From the sequence record NZ_CP069398.1: a stretch of 64,000 nucleotides of DNA; one strand, given 5' to 3'. The first letter of the stretch is position 1. Every line of letters starts with the position of its first letter. Under the pieces are notes generated by a model. It ran no database searches. It was not told the DNA's origin and worked only from the letters and a program-made list of their open reading frames with translations. Positions 9,595 through 19,444 of the stretch are shown here, in pieces. Source of the DNA: a plasmid. Position numbers and translations under genes: made by a program.

Positions 9595-11715
9595 TCAGAT
9601 ACTATCTAGTATTTCATTACGCCAACCCATATTAAAATTAGTTGATAACTGATTAAACGATCCTTTTATCTTTTTAAGAAATTTAGTTTCATCAGTCCCA
9701 TTTTGTAACATTTTTAGAAGTTCTTCATTTTTCAAAGGCATAATCGTAACTGTCTCAGCAAACGTATCATTTTTTTTCGAAGATTGTAATGGAACAGTTG
9801 CAACAGCTCGCCAAATATTAATAGTATTTTCATCAAGTTCATCTGCAATGAATAATGTAGTTACTTCTTTAGGTGCAGATTCAATTGTTAAGTTAGTTGC
9901 ATGTCGCAAAACAGGTTCCCATTCTCCACGTTTTTGAGCGTGCTTATTCATTAATGTGACTTCAAGCATTAAAATATAATCACCATAATCAATTACTATA
10001 TCTCCTGCTCCCCCGCCAGCATGAGTCTCAGGTTCAAAATCAGCACTCATTGATAAATTTAAACTAGAAAACAAATCAAATTTTTGCGCACTAATATGAT
10101 ACCAAGCAATTCCAACAATATACTCAAAGATAGTTGGGACGTCGGTGTTTTCAGCAACAATTTTTTGTATTCTTGAATCGTTACTTCGATCTGAAAAAAG
10201 AGGCAAAATTTCGATTATCTTTTCTTTTGGATAGTGATCTTCAATATGCTTAATAAAGGCTTTACTTGTTTGATTAAATAATGTTCGGCGAATTTCTTCC
10301 TCGCTAGATAAATCTAAGTCGTCCTGAATCTCAAGAATCGCTTTATCAACTTTTTCATCTTCATACTCAAAAATCTCTTCAAGTGAAAGGTGATTTAAGA
10401 AAGGAGAAATGCTTTTCTTTTCATAGCTTTCATATTCTTCGGCTGTCGAATTTCCAAATATTAATTTCTCTAGATCAATTTCGGCAAAAAATTTCTTCCA
10501 TAAATCACGTTGTACTAGTTCAACTACACCGTTTTTAAAACTAATAATACTTGTAACTTTCATTACACGACGCGTAACATCACCATACTCTTGAATACCA
10601 TCATGACGTTTTGAAGCCTGAAATTGTAAAAATAGTTTCCGGTTTATATCTTGGTTTGTGAGAATGTCTAACTCTTCATTAAGCTCCATAAACTTAATAA
10701 CGTTTGTTTTATCACTTTTATCAAAGGCGAAAACATTACGGCCGAAACCAAATGCTTTATTAAGCATTGCTTTTTTCTGAGCATCAGAAAATAATTCTAC
10801 AATTCTTTTAAGGCTCTCCTCTGTTCGCTCAGAATTGAATACAATTAAACATTCATAAAACTCTCGATAAACCCTTATAGCTTTCTCACTTTTCCCACTT
10901 TTAAAGTTTTCAGAGAATATTTCCTCTGACATTGGTAGAGATTCATTTGCTACTGTGTCCAATGCTTCGCTCTCGAAAAATGGAATATATTCTCTTTCTA
11001 ATTTCTGAGCATGGCCATTTAAAAACTCTTTAACAAAAATAGAGGGTGTTATTGGTAGATAAGGATTCAACATTTGAATCATCGTAACAAACAAATCTTG
11101 GTCTACTCGTGGATAATTTAATAGAATATACATTGCCATCAACATAGGAGAATAATATTTTTCTCCCTCTTTTGAGTAGACTCTTAGCTTTAATAATTGT
11201 CGGAAAAATAATAAGTTTGTTTCATCAATTGGCAATAGATTCTCAAATCTACTTCTTCGTAATTTCTTTCCGTGTATCCATGATTTCCCTACTGGTGAAA
11301 TCTGACGTTGTTCATCTGCTAAACCAATTTTGACTAAGTTACTAGAGTAGTGACGTGCCCTTCCTTCAATAGAGCTATCTAAATCAGCATACAATTGCTT
11401 TAAATATGTCTTTTTCTTTAGATAACTAATATCTCTTTTAGCAAACTCAGCCTTTATAAATGGGTCTTCCATAGCTTCAACAAACTTATCGTACTTTGGA
11501 TGCTGTTTGAATACTTCTGGAGAGTTTTCTATTGCCAGCTCATAGAATCTAAACTGAGTAGATTCATTTGGATAACGTCCCCATACGCCTGATTCACTTT
11601 CAGCATAAACTTGTTCTAATATATTCGTATAAATTTTGTATGCATTAATTACATCGCTTCTACGCCCGTTCGTATCAAATAAATTAAATACCTTTTCTAA
11701 ATTATTAACTTTCAT
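9595..11715 (-). CDS. Type IIS restriction endonuclease-like protein, AlwI/PleI/MlyI/Nt.BstNBI-family-like (paralog 1, 706 aa).
   Basis: C-terminal block PTIFEYIVGIAWYHIS...HAGGGAGDIVIDY...LEVTLMNK...EWEPVLRH is shared with the 652-aa protein at 15743..17701. It lies beside a tandem Dam-like methyltransferase. The family assignment is from memory of the AlwI family (PF09491) and is not verified here. Confidence 0.55.
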   Translation of the reverse strand: MKVNNLEKVFNLFDTNGRRSDVINAYKIYTNILEQVYAESESGVWGRYPNESTQFRFYELAIENSPEVFKQHPKYDKFVEAMEDPFIKAEFAKRDISYLKKKTYLKQLYADLDSSIEGRARHYSSNLVKIGLADEQRQISPVGKSWIHGKKLRRSRFENLLPIDETNLLFFRQLLKLRVYSKEGEKYYSPMLMAMYILLNYPRVDQDLFVTMIQMLNPYLPITPSIFVKEFLNGHAQKLEREYIPFFESEALDTVANESLPMSEEIFSENFKSGKSEKAIRVYREFYECLIVFNSERTEESLKRIVELFSDAQKKAMLNKAFGFGRNVFAFDKSDKTNVIKFMELNEELDILTNQDINRKLFLQFQASKRHDGIQEYGDVTRRVMKVTSIISFKNGVVELVQRDLWKKFFAEIDLEKLIFGNSTAEEYESYEKKSISPFLNHLSLEEIFEYEDEKVDKAILEIQDDLDLSSEEEIRRTLFNQTSKAFIKHIEDHYPKEKIIEILPLFSDRSNDSRIQKIVAENTDVPTIFEYIVGIAWYHISAQKFDLFSSLNLSMSADFEPETHAGGGAGDIVIDYGDYILMLEVTLMNKHAQKRGEWEPVLRHATNLTIESAPKEVTTLFIADELDENTINIWRAVATVPLQSSKKNDTFAETVTIMPLKNEELLKMLQNGTDETKFLKKIKGSFNQLSTNFNMGWRNEILDSI

Positions 11716-11761
11716 TTCTTTCCCTCTTATCGTTGTATAATAACATTTTATAACTTAATAC

Positions 11762-12745
11762 CTATTTGTAATCCTTGCCTATATGACTTCTTTTTGGTAT
11801 TGGATACTTCTCCTGATTAGAATAATACTTAAGCCAAAATTCGATATTTCGGATTTCTTTAGGAAATGTTGTTAAGTATTGCTTCGCAGCTACAGGGTCA
11901 GTATTCATCTTTTCTAGCCATGAAACCATGTCTTTGTAAGTAACTTTATATGAAATATCACCCATTATACCTTTATCTTCATCCAAATCAACTACTTCAA
12001 TGATCGATAAATCTTCCGTCTTGTCATTTTTATTATAATTAACGAGGTATAATTCCCCTTCTAGTTTTTGCTTGGCTCTCCATAATGAGATATATTTTTG
12101 TCGATTATCAATTTTGCGAGGATTTTTCCAGGAAGGCTTTTCTTTCTTCATCTTTTTTGCAAATTCCTCTTGCTCCCTATCAGAAATCCATGCATACCGC
12201 ATAGGATGAGCCTGGGTATTTTCTATTGGATTCTTTCCTTTTTGTTTTGTTTCATTATTTAAAAATTCAACGAGAGTTTTGTTTATATCATCAAATATGT
12301 CGAAGTCGAAACCATAGGTAGACTCTTTACCCAATGCTTCCTTTGTAATACTTAAACCATTGTCATCTAAACAGAAACTAATTTCATGTACTTCCTTCAA
12401 TATTTCATTTATGTAAGGATCACCTTCATTATCAGTAGCTGAGCCAAGAGGCTTAGACTTTAAAACGGAGTTATTCAAGGCCTCTCCATTTTTCGATAAA
12501 AACCATTGTTTGTACTCATTCCATTTATATGTTTTATTTTTACCGTTACTCCAAACTCTAACACCATTTTCATTCCTATAATTATCATTATATTTAACAA
12601 AAAATAGAGATTCTTTTGAAATTTTAGAAAGAGATTCAAATTTTCTTCTTACAAACTGTTCATTATCGTTAGAATCATTATAAAACTCAAAAAAAACCAG
12701 TTGTCCACTAGCTTCAAACTGCACTCTATCTACCGTATAAATCAT
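11762..12745 (-). CDS. Hypothetical 327-aa protein, co-directional with and 46 nt upstream of the 706-aa endonuclease-like gene. No recognisable domain.
   Basis: Clean ORF with Lys/Asn-rich composition. No motif recognised. Confidence 0.6.
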   Translation of the reverse strand: MIYTVDRVQFEASGQLVFFEFYNDSNDNEQFVRRKFESLSKISKESLFFVKYNDNYRNENGVRVWSNGKNKTYKWNEYKQWFLSKNGEALNNSVLKSKPLGSATDNEGDPYINEILKEVHEISFCLDDNGLSITKEALGKESTYGFDFDIFDDINKTLVEFLNNETKQKGKNPIENTQAHPMRYAWISDREQEEFAKKMKKEKPSWKNPRKIDNRQKYISLWRAKQKLEGELYLVNYNKNDKTEDLSIIEVVDLDEDKGIMGDISYKVTYKDMVSWLEKMNTDPVAAKQYLTTFPKEIRNIEFWLKYYSNQEKYPIPKRSHIGKDYK

Positions 12746-13247
12746 TTTTTCTCCTTTTCTATGTATCTTATTTAATAATTCAAGTATAGCAAAACGGATA
12801 AGGTTACAGTTAGCTATATTAAAATTTATTTATCTTTATAATTTGTTATAAAAGCCCTTGTTATCTCGTTTTGCTTAGTTTATAATTCACAATTTTGATT
12901 ATACAAAAGAAAGAAGATTTCTCTATCTTAAAGCTATTAAAGAATAAAAACTACCTGTAGGTACTTAAACAAAGTAAATCTAATATTTCAATTAAGTAAT
13001 TGCACAAGATAGAAGGGTTGTCCTTAATAATATTATTATGGTATATTGAACATTATTAAGATGCGCGTTTTGGAAATAATTCAACCATTTAATGTATAAC
13101 TTGCTATTAACTCGAGAAATTTTAAGCGTAATCAGCTCTACATTAATATAGGGAAAGGACATATATATTTCCTTAGTAAAAGCATGCTCATTGGTGAAAC
13201 CAACTAATTTATATCTAACAGGTAAATGATTTATAAATACCTTTTAT

Positions 13248-15344
13248 TTGGGAGGAATTCAATTGCTAAAAATACAACAACGTAGATACTTGGGGAGCAA
13301 AGCAAAATTGCTTAATTTCATATCAGATATACTCAAAAAGGAAAAAATAGAATATAATCGATTTGTTGATTTATTTGGTGGTACAGGCGTGGTAGGCCAT
13401 TATTTTAATAAATCAAGCGAAATTATAATGAATGATTTACTTTATTCTAATTATTTAATCCATGTTGCTTTTATGGGTGACGAAAAAGTAAATGATGAAT
13501 TAGTCAAATCAATACTAAATGAATATAATAGTCTTAAATTTGATGAATTACCTGAAAATTACTTTTCAGATAATTTTTCCAATACGTACTTTAGTCATAA
13601 AAATTGCAAATTAATTGGTTACATACGAGAAGATATTGAAAGACGAAAGAAATCAGGAACAATTAACCATAGAGAGTTTGCCTATCTTGTTACCTCTCTT
13701 ATGTATGCTATGGATAGGATAGCTAATACTGTAGGGCATTACGACGCTTATAGAAAAAAGCAAGATGACTTAAATAGAGAGATGCGCTTAGATACTCTTG
13801 ATATTGAAGCTGCTGAATTAAATAAAGGTAATGAAATATATAATATGGACGCAAATTCACTTGTTGCCTCTCTTAAATCTGATGTTGTATATTTAGATCC
13901 TCCCTACAATTCAAGACAGTATTCAGACTGTTATCATTTACTCGAGAACGTAGCAGAATGGAAAAAACCTGACGTAAAAGGAGTAGCAAGGAAGATGGAT
14001 CGTTCTCATCGTAAAAGTAAGTATTGTATGAAAACTGCTGCTGAGACTTTCTCTGACCTTCTTGATAAATTGGATACAAAATATATTTTAGTCAGTTATA
14101 ATGATATGGGTGAGAATGGATGTAGTCGTTCTCAGGCACGTATGTCAGATCATGAGATTATTTCTGCATTAGAACGTAAAGGAAGAGTAACAGTTTACAG
14201 CACAGAATTCAAACAGTTTACTACAGGGACTTCCACTAAAGAAGATTTACAGGAACGTATATTTGTATGCGAAGTAGGGGTGTATTCCAATCCTTCTACA
14301 GAGGATTCGCAGTTGCTTAATAATGAAGGTATAGAAAGTATTTCTACCAGAAAGGGTAGTGTTAAGAGAAAAACTTCTAATAAGAAGAAATATGTAAAAT
14401 CTCCATTGAACTATACTGGTGGTAAGTATCGATTACTTGATCAAATCATTCCTTACTTCCCCAAAGATATTGAGAATTTTTATGATGTGTTTTCAGGTGG
14501 CGCTAATATAGGAATTAATTCTATAGCTCAAAATACCGTATGTATAGATTATAATGAGAAAGTTATTCGAATACAGCAACTTATTCAGAGGAAAAACTTT
14601 GATGAACTTCATAATATTCTTATTGATAAAATTGAGGAATTTGGCCTCAGTCGATCATATGAAAATGGATATGAAAAGTATGGTTGTGAGTCTACAAAAG
14701 GTTTGGGATCATACAACAAGGAGAAGTACAAACTTCTTAAACAAATGTATAATACCTTACCGATAAGCGAAGAGAAGGATATTTTACTTTTACTTCTAAT
14801 TATCTATGGCTTTAATAATCAAATTCGCTTTAACAGTAAAGGCGATTTTAATTTACCTGTTGGAAAACGTGATTACAATGGAAGTGTTCGAAATAATTTG
14901 TTACGTTTCAGTGAGGCTTCGAAAGAAAAAAGCATTACCTTTAAAGTAGATGATTTCCGTAGCTTAAAAGATATAAAATTATCTAAGAATGATTTCGTTT
15001 ATCTAGATCCCCCCTATTTGCTTGGGACTGCTAGTTATAATGAATCAGGTGGGTGGGCTATTAAGGATGAGACAGAACTTTTAGAGGTACTTGATAAATT
15101 AGATGAAAATGGGATTAAGTTTGCGCTTTCGAATGTATCTGAGCATAAAGGGCAAGAAAACATTTATTTAAAAAATTGGGTTGCCGAAAGAAGTCACTAT
15201 ATGCATAAGTTGAACTTCAATTATAATAATTCTAATTACCAATCGAAGGCTAAAGAAAAACAGACCATTGAAGTACTTGTGACAAATTACAAACCATCTA
15301 TTCTTATAGAAAACGAAGAGCAATTGAAATTAGAGTTAGTCTAA
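13248..15344 (+). CDS. Fused tandem Dam-like (alpha-class N6-adenine) DNA methyltransferase, with two complete methyltransferase units. This is typical for asymmetric type IIS sites.
   Basis: Unit 1 has FGGTGVVG (motif I) and DPPYNSRQY (motif IV). Unit 2 has FSGGANIG and DPPYLLGTASY. 698 aa. Confidence 0.85.
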   Translation: MGGIQLLKIQQRRYLGSKAKLLNFISDILKKEKIEYNRFVDLFGGTGVVGHYFNKSSEIIMNDLLYSNYLIHVAFMGDEKVNDELVKSILNEYNSLKFDELPENYFSDNFSNTYFSHKNCKLIGYIREDIERRKKSGTINHREFAYLVTSLMYAMDRIANTVGHYDAYRKKQDDLNREMRLDTLDIEAAELNKGNEIYNMDANSLVASLKSDVVYLDPPYNSRQYSDCYHLLENVAEWKKPDVKGVARKMDRSHRKSKYCMKTAAETFSDLLDKLDTKYILVSYNDMGENGCSRSQARMSDHEIISALERKGRVTVYSTEFKQFTTGTSTKEDLQERIFVCEVGVYSNPSTEDSQLLNNEGIESISTRKGSVKRKTSNKKKYVKSPLNYTGGKYRLLDQIIPYFPKDIENFYDVFSGGANIGINSIAQNTVCIDYNEKVIRIQQLIQRKNFDELHNILIDKIEEFGLSRSYENGYEKYGCESTKGLGSYNKEKYKLLKQMYNTLPISEEKDILLLLLIIYGFNNQIRFNSKGDFNLPVGKRDYNGSVRNNLLRFSEASKEKSITFKVDDFRSLKDIKLSKNDFVYLDPPYLLGTASYNESGGWAIKDETELLEVLDKLDENGIKFALSNVSEHKGQENIYLKNWVAERSHYMHKLNFNYNNSNYQSKAKEKQTIEVLVTNYKPSILIENEEQLKLELV

Positions 15345-15346
15345 AT

Positions 15347-15400
15347 AACCATTAGCACAAGAATCTTTTCATGACCTTGTGCTAATGGTTATTGATTTTT
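15347..15400 (+). terminator. Rho-independent terminator after the methyltransferase gene.
   Basis: AACCATTAGCACAAG..CTTGTGCTAATGGTT stem plus T-run. Confidence 0.7.
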
Positions 15401-15742
15401 ATTTGAGGCTTTATAGTTATTATTTAGATTATCCTAAAATTTTTTTTATATATTAAGGTTTCATGCTTCCAATGAAACTTCTATTTTGATTTGCATACAT
15501 AGTGAGTTTTATTAACCATTTACACTTTAACTTTTTTATAAAAATCAAATAATGAGTTATAAAATCCAGTTCGTTTATAGTGCTTGAAAATTATTATTTC
15601 AATTTCTTGACCCTTAAATAAAAGATTTATTTTATATCCAATTGCAATAAAAAGATAAGTAGTTATTTATTCGCCTTCTTTTTGTTTCTGAGAAAAGATA
15701 TACTAGAATATATAGACAATAAGTCGCAGGAGGAAAACAACC

Positions 15743-17701
15743 ATGTTTGAGTTCAAATCCTATTCATGGGTGATAGGAACCACTAGTTTTCGTGTTAAAG
15801 AAATTAATTATAAAATTGAACAGCAACTTTTTACACTCAAAGAATTATTCGGAGAATATCCAAATGAAAAATGGCAAAATCTCCAAGAAGTATATTATGA
15901 TATGCTTTTTGAAAAGAACCTTATTATAGGTAATGCCCAAAGGAAAGATAAAGATGCAAGAGAAAAAACTTCTGGCTTAAAAGAATTAGGTTTAATTACT
16001 GAAGATAGACACCTTACTGACGTAGGAGAAGAAATATTAAGGCTGGTAAAAGATGATGAAATAGATCAATCAAATGATTTTATGATTGACTTAGATGCTT
16101 TTGTTTATTTAAAACAATTATTAAAGCTTTATGTACGTGACCCTGAATTCAAGATTCGTCCCTTCGTTGCGCTATTATATTTGCTAGATAAGTTAGGTTA
16201 TCTTACAGAAGATGAATTCACCTACCTTTTACCTCTTTGTAAAAACAAAGAAGATGTTAAAAGAATGGCTAGTTTAATAGAACAGACCAGAAAGGGTAAT
16301 TTAAGTTTTAACAGTATAATTATTAAGTTTATGCGCAAAATGCCCAATTATCGAAAAGCATTAGACTATTTTTTAAAACAAGAAACAGTGACATGTGACT
16401 TGGTTTGTGAAATTGGTATGAATCGAAAATCTCGTAAATACGACGCTCCATACTATGATTTATTTATTGCACTTAAAAAGGCAGCTGTAACTGAAACTAT
16501 TACAGAAATTGAAATGAATAGCGTCTTAAATATTTTGAAAAAATTGAAAAAACCAAGTGCTGAGTGGAAACTTCTTTTATTTGGAAAAACCAAAAGGTCT
16601 TCCGAGAGATTAGAAAATTTTAAAAAAAGAATGTTTAAATTATTTTCTTCTAAAGATGAATCAGCTTTTCGTAATACTTTTTTTAATATTTTACACTTAT
16701 TTAAATGGAAAGCTAACTTAGTTGAGTATGCAGATTTAAACAAGCGATATTTTTCATTAGCAGATATTCTTTTATTCCAGGATGGTAAAGTTGAACTTAC
16801 TCTTTTCTCAAAATATTTCTTTCACTTGTGTATAGATGAATTATTAGAAGAAAAAATAGTCCCATCCCTTCTCCCTCGTAACCTAGCTTTACAAGAAATA
16901 TCGCCAGCACTTAATATTAAAACTGAAGAGGTAGTTGAACTAGTTAGTAAAGAGACTGGTAAATTATTGGATATACCTACGATGCGTACTTATTTTCAAA
17001 AAGAGAAAGAAGAGCAGTTACTTGATCTTATCAATCAGAAGTTTAACCCGAACAAACTTATTCAATTATTTACATGGATTGAAGGCAGAGAAGACAAACA
17101 AGTACAAGAATACGTTACCGACAATGCAGATATTCCGACAATTTTTGAATATCTACTAGGCATTAGCTGGTATCACATTAGTGGAGAGTCTATTAATCTC
17201 ATGGATTCATGGAATTTAAGTTTAGATGCAAATTTATTGCCTAAAAGACATGCTGGGGGAGGAGAGTCAGATATTGTTATTGATTATCCAGCCACAGATT
17301 TTTATCCACAACATAAGTTAATGATTGAAGCAACTCTTACTAATAAAACTAATCAAAGACGGGCAGAAATGGAACCTGTAAGCCGTCATTTAGGAACGCT
17401 AAAAGCCAAGCATGCAAACCAGGAAGTATATGCTGTGTTCGTTTCAAACCATTTAGATAGAAACGTTATTGTTGATCTAAGAAGTAGAAAAGCTGTGCCT
17501 TTTCACGATAGAATAACGGATACTTGGATTGAAAACAATAAAATTATTCCATTGAATACTAAAAATATAAAAATGATACTGGAAAAGAAAATACAATACT
17601 GGAGAATGTACAAATTCTTTTCAGTAGCATATGAAAATGAAATACCCTATCAAGATTGGTACGAGAAAACAATCAATTTACCTTTACAAGAGTACGTTTA
17701 A
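15743..17701 (+). CDS. Type IIS restriction endonuclease-like protein, AlwI-family-like (paralog 2, 652 aa).
   Basis: C-terminal HAGGGESDIVIDY...IEATLTNK...EMEPVSRH block and mid-region G(L)KELGL motif are homologous to the 706-aa protein. It has its own promoter region at 15400-15740 and a terminator at 17807-17846. Confidence 0.55.
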   Translation: MFEFKSYSWVIGTTSFRVKEINYKIEQQLFTLKELFGEYPNEKWQNLQEVYYDMLFEKNLIIGNAQRKDKDAREKTSGLKELGLITEDRHLTDVGEEILRLVKDDEIDQSNDFMIDLDAFVYLKQLLKLYVRDPEFKIRPFVALLYLLDKLGYLTEDEFTYLLPLCKNKEDVKRMASLIEQTRKGNLSFNSIIIKFMRKMPNYRKALDYFLKQETVTCDLVCEIGMNRKSRKYDAPYYDLFIALKKAAVTETITEIEMNSVLNILKKLKKPSAEWKLLLFGKTKRSSERLENFKKRMFKLFSSKDESAFRNTFFNILHLFKWKANLVEYADLNKRYFSLADILLFQDGKVELTLFSKYFFHLCIDELLEEKIVPSLLPRNLALQEISPALNIKTEEVVELVSKETGKLLDIPTMRTYFQKEKEEQLLDLINQKFNPNKLIQLFTWIEGREDKQVQEYVTDNADIPTIFEYLLGISWYHISGESINLMDSWNLSLDANLLPKRHAGGGESDIVIDYPATDFYPQHKLMIEATLTNKTNQRRAEMEPVSRHLGTLKAKHANQEVYAVFVSNHLDRNVIVDLRSRKAVPFHDRITDTWIENNKIIPLNTKNIKMILEKKIQYWRMYKFFSVAYENEIPYQDWYEKTINLPLQEYV

Positions 17702-17806
17702 ATATTGTAAAGAAGAGCAAAAGCTTGATACTATTGTTTAAATTTTGCATTGAATAAGAAAATATGGTATATTAATTTAAACTTTAAAATTATAGTATTA
17801 ATTCTC

Positions 17807-17846
17807 CAAAAAAGATTAGGTTTAGCTCATGACCTAATCTTTTTTC
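17807..17846 (+). terminator. Rho-independent terminator after the 652-aa endonuclease-like gene.
   Basis: AAAAGATTAGGT..ACCTAATCTTTTTT. Confidence 0.7.
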
Positions 17847-18085
17847 ATGTCTCGTTGATTGACATTTTCTATTAGTTTGAAAAAACTCTTTTAGTAGAGA
17901 TTCGCTGCCACACGTAACTTTCACTTAGGATATAAACACAAAAGCGCTTCCCTGACAAAAGGAAGCGCTAAAAGAAATACATACTTTAAGTTTATAATAC
18001 CATGTATTAGCACAATTTAAAACAACAAAATAAATATTTGCTCTTATTATAGATAACATAGTTAAAATTGTGTTTACGAATATAG

Positions 18086-18433
18086 TTAATACGGGCCTTT
18101 AATTCTTTTCAAAATTTGTTCAGTGATAGTTAAACATTGTTTTTTCGTAAGTTCAATTTTGAATGTTCCATTAAATATAGCTTGGATCTCTCCCACTAAA
18201 TCGTTTGGAGTTGGATTCTTATACGCTGCAGATAAGACTCTTAATGCTTCATAATAATATTCATCATAACTATTAGTTGAAGAAATTTCATTATATAATT
18301 CTAAGGGATCCCATGTATTAATAAGATGTAAAATTATTTCTTGATCTTCATCAAAAATTTTTTTCAATGTTTCTTTTTTCAAGTTTTTCAACCCTCCTAA
18401 ATTAAATTTATATATGCCAATACCTAAAAACAA
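18086..18433 (-). CDS. Hypothetical protein in an AT-rich, ORF-poor spacer.
   Basis: ORF only. A hairpin at 17935-17975 lies downstream on the minus strand. Confidence 0.4.
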   Translation of the reverse strand: MFLGIGIYKFNLGGLKNLKKETLKKIFDEDQEIILHLINTWDPLELYNEISSTNSYDEYYYEALRVLSAAYKNPTPNDLVGEIQAIFNGTFKIELTKKQCLTITEQILKRIKGPY

Positions 18434-19100
18434 TGTTGTAACAAACGATTAAGTTTTCTTTAATATTACTAAAAATACTATCTTTATTCTCCGGAAGGTT
18501 TTTCTCTAGAAGATTATTATTAATAGTGGTTACTCAATAATTGCATACCTTGAAAATATTTTCTTCTTTAGATTATGAGTTATCTGTATTTCTGAAAATA
18601 ATTTAACTGTATCCAAAACTTAGGTTTCACTGTGAATAATAAACTATACATTGTAAAGGTGGACTCTATTCATTGAAAAGACTTGTGTATATCTTTTTTT
18701 AAAAATGGAAAGATTGATAATTGACTCTATCTTTGTTAAATAAGCATGTACACAAATACTCTTGTGCATGCTTATTTAAACTATGTTTTCTAATCTTTGC
18801 TTATAATTAGTGATTAACTATTTGTTATCTATCAATATAGCTAGTCAATTGGAATATACTCAAGTCAACATTCATAAACTTATTACTTAATCAATATTGT
18901 ATAATAAAAAGGTAAGGGTTTAATACCTTACCTTTTTCTATAGGAGAATATTATGAGCAAAACAAGTAAAGCGTAAAGAGTTTCTGGTACATTGATAGCA
19001 ATTGGAGTAATAATAACGGTAATATTACTGTTTATATTGGAGTTAGTATAGTTTCATGGACACCATTTAATTAAGTCCTTACAATGACTTTTGAGAGGAT

Positions 19101-19385
19101 GTGTCCGAAATGGAACGTAAACGTGCAGGCAAAACATACAATGATGAGTTTAAGAAAACGATTGTGGATTTATATCATGCAGGAAACTCTGTTAAAAATT
19201 TAAGCAGCGAATATGGCGTATCAGAAGTAACAATCTATAAGTGGGCGAAGGCATTTACACCTATCAGCTCAGAAGAAGGATCTCTAACGCCCAAAGAATT
19301 AGCTGAGATCCAGAAGGAAAACCTTCGGTTAAAACAAGAGTTAGACATTCTAAAAAAGGCTATGGCCATATTCGCGAAAAAGTAA
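19101..19385 (+). CDS. IS3-family transposase OrfA (HTH).
   Basis: InsE-like HTH. It ends ...GCG AAA AAG TAA, an A6G-like slippery run. Confidence 0.85.
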   Translation: MSEMERKRAGKTYNDEFKKTIVDLYHAGNSVKNLSSEYGVSEVTIYKWAKAFTPISSEEGSLTPKELAEIQKENLRLKQELDILKKAMAIFAKK

Positions 19386-19444
19386 CGGAAGCAGAGCTCA
19401 ACCATTTTATCGAGAAATATAAAGAACAATACAGTGTTCAGAAA

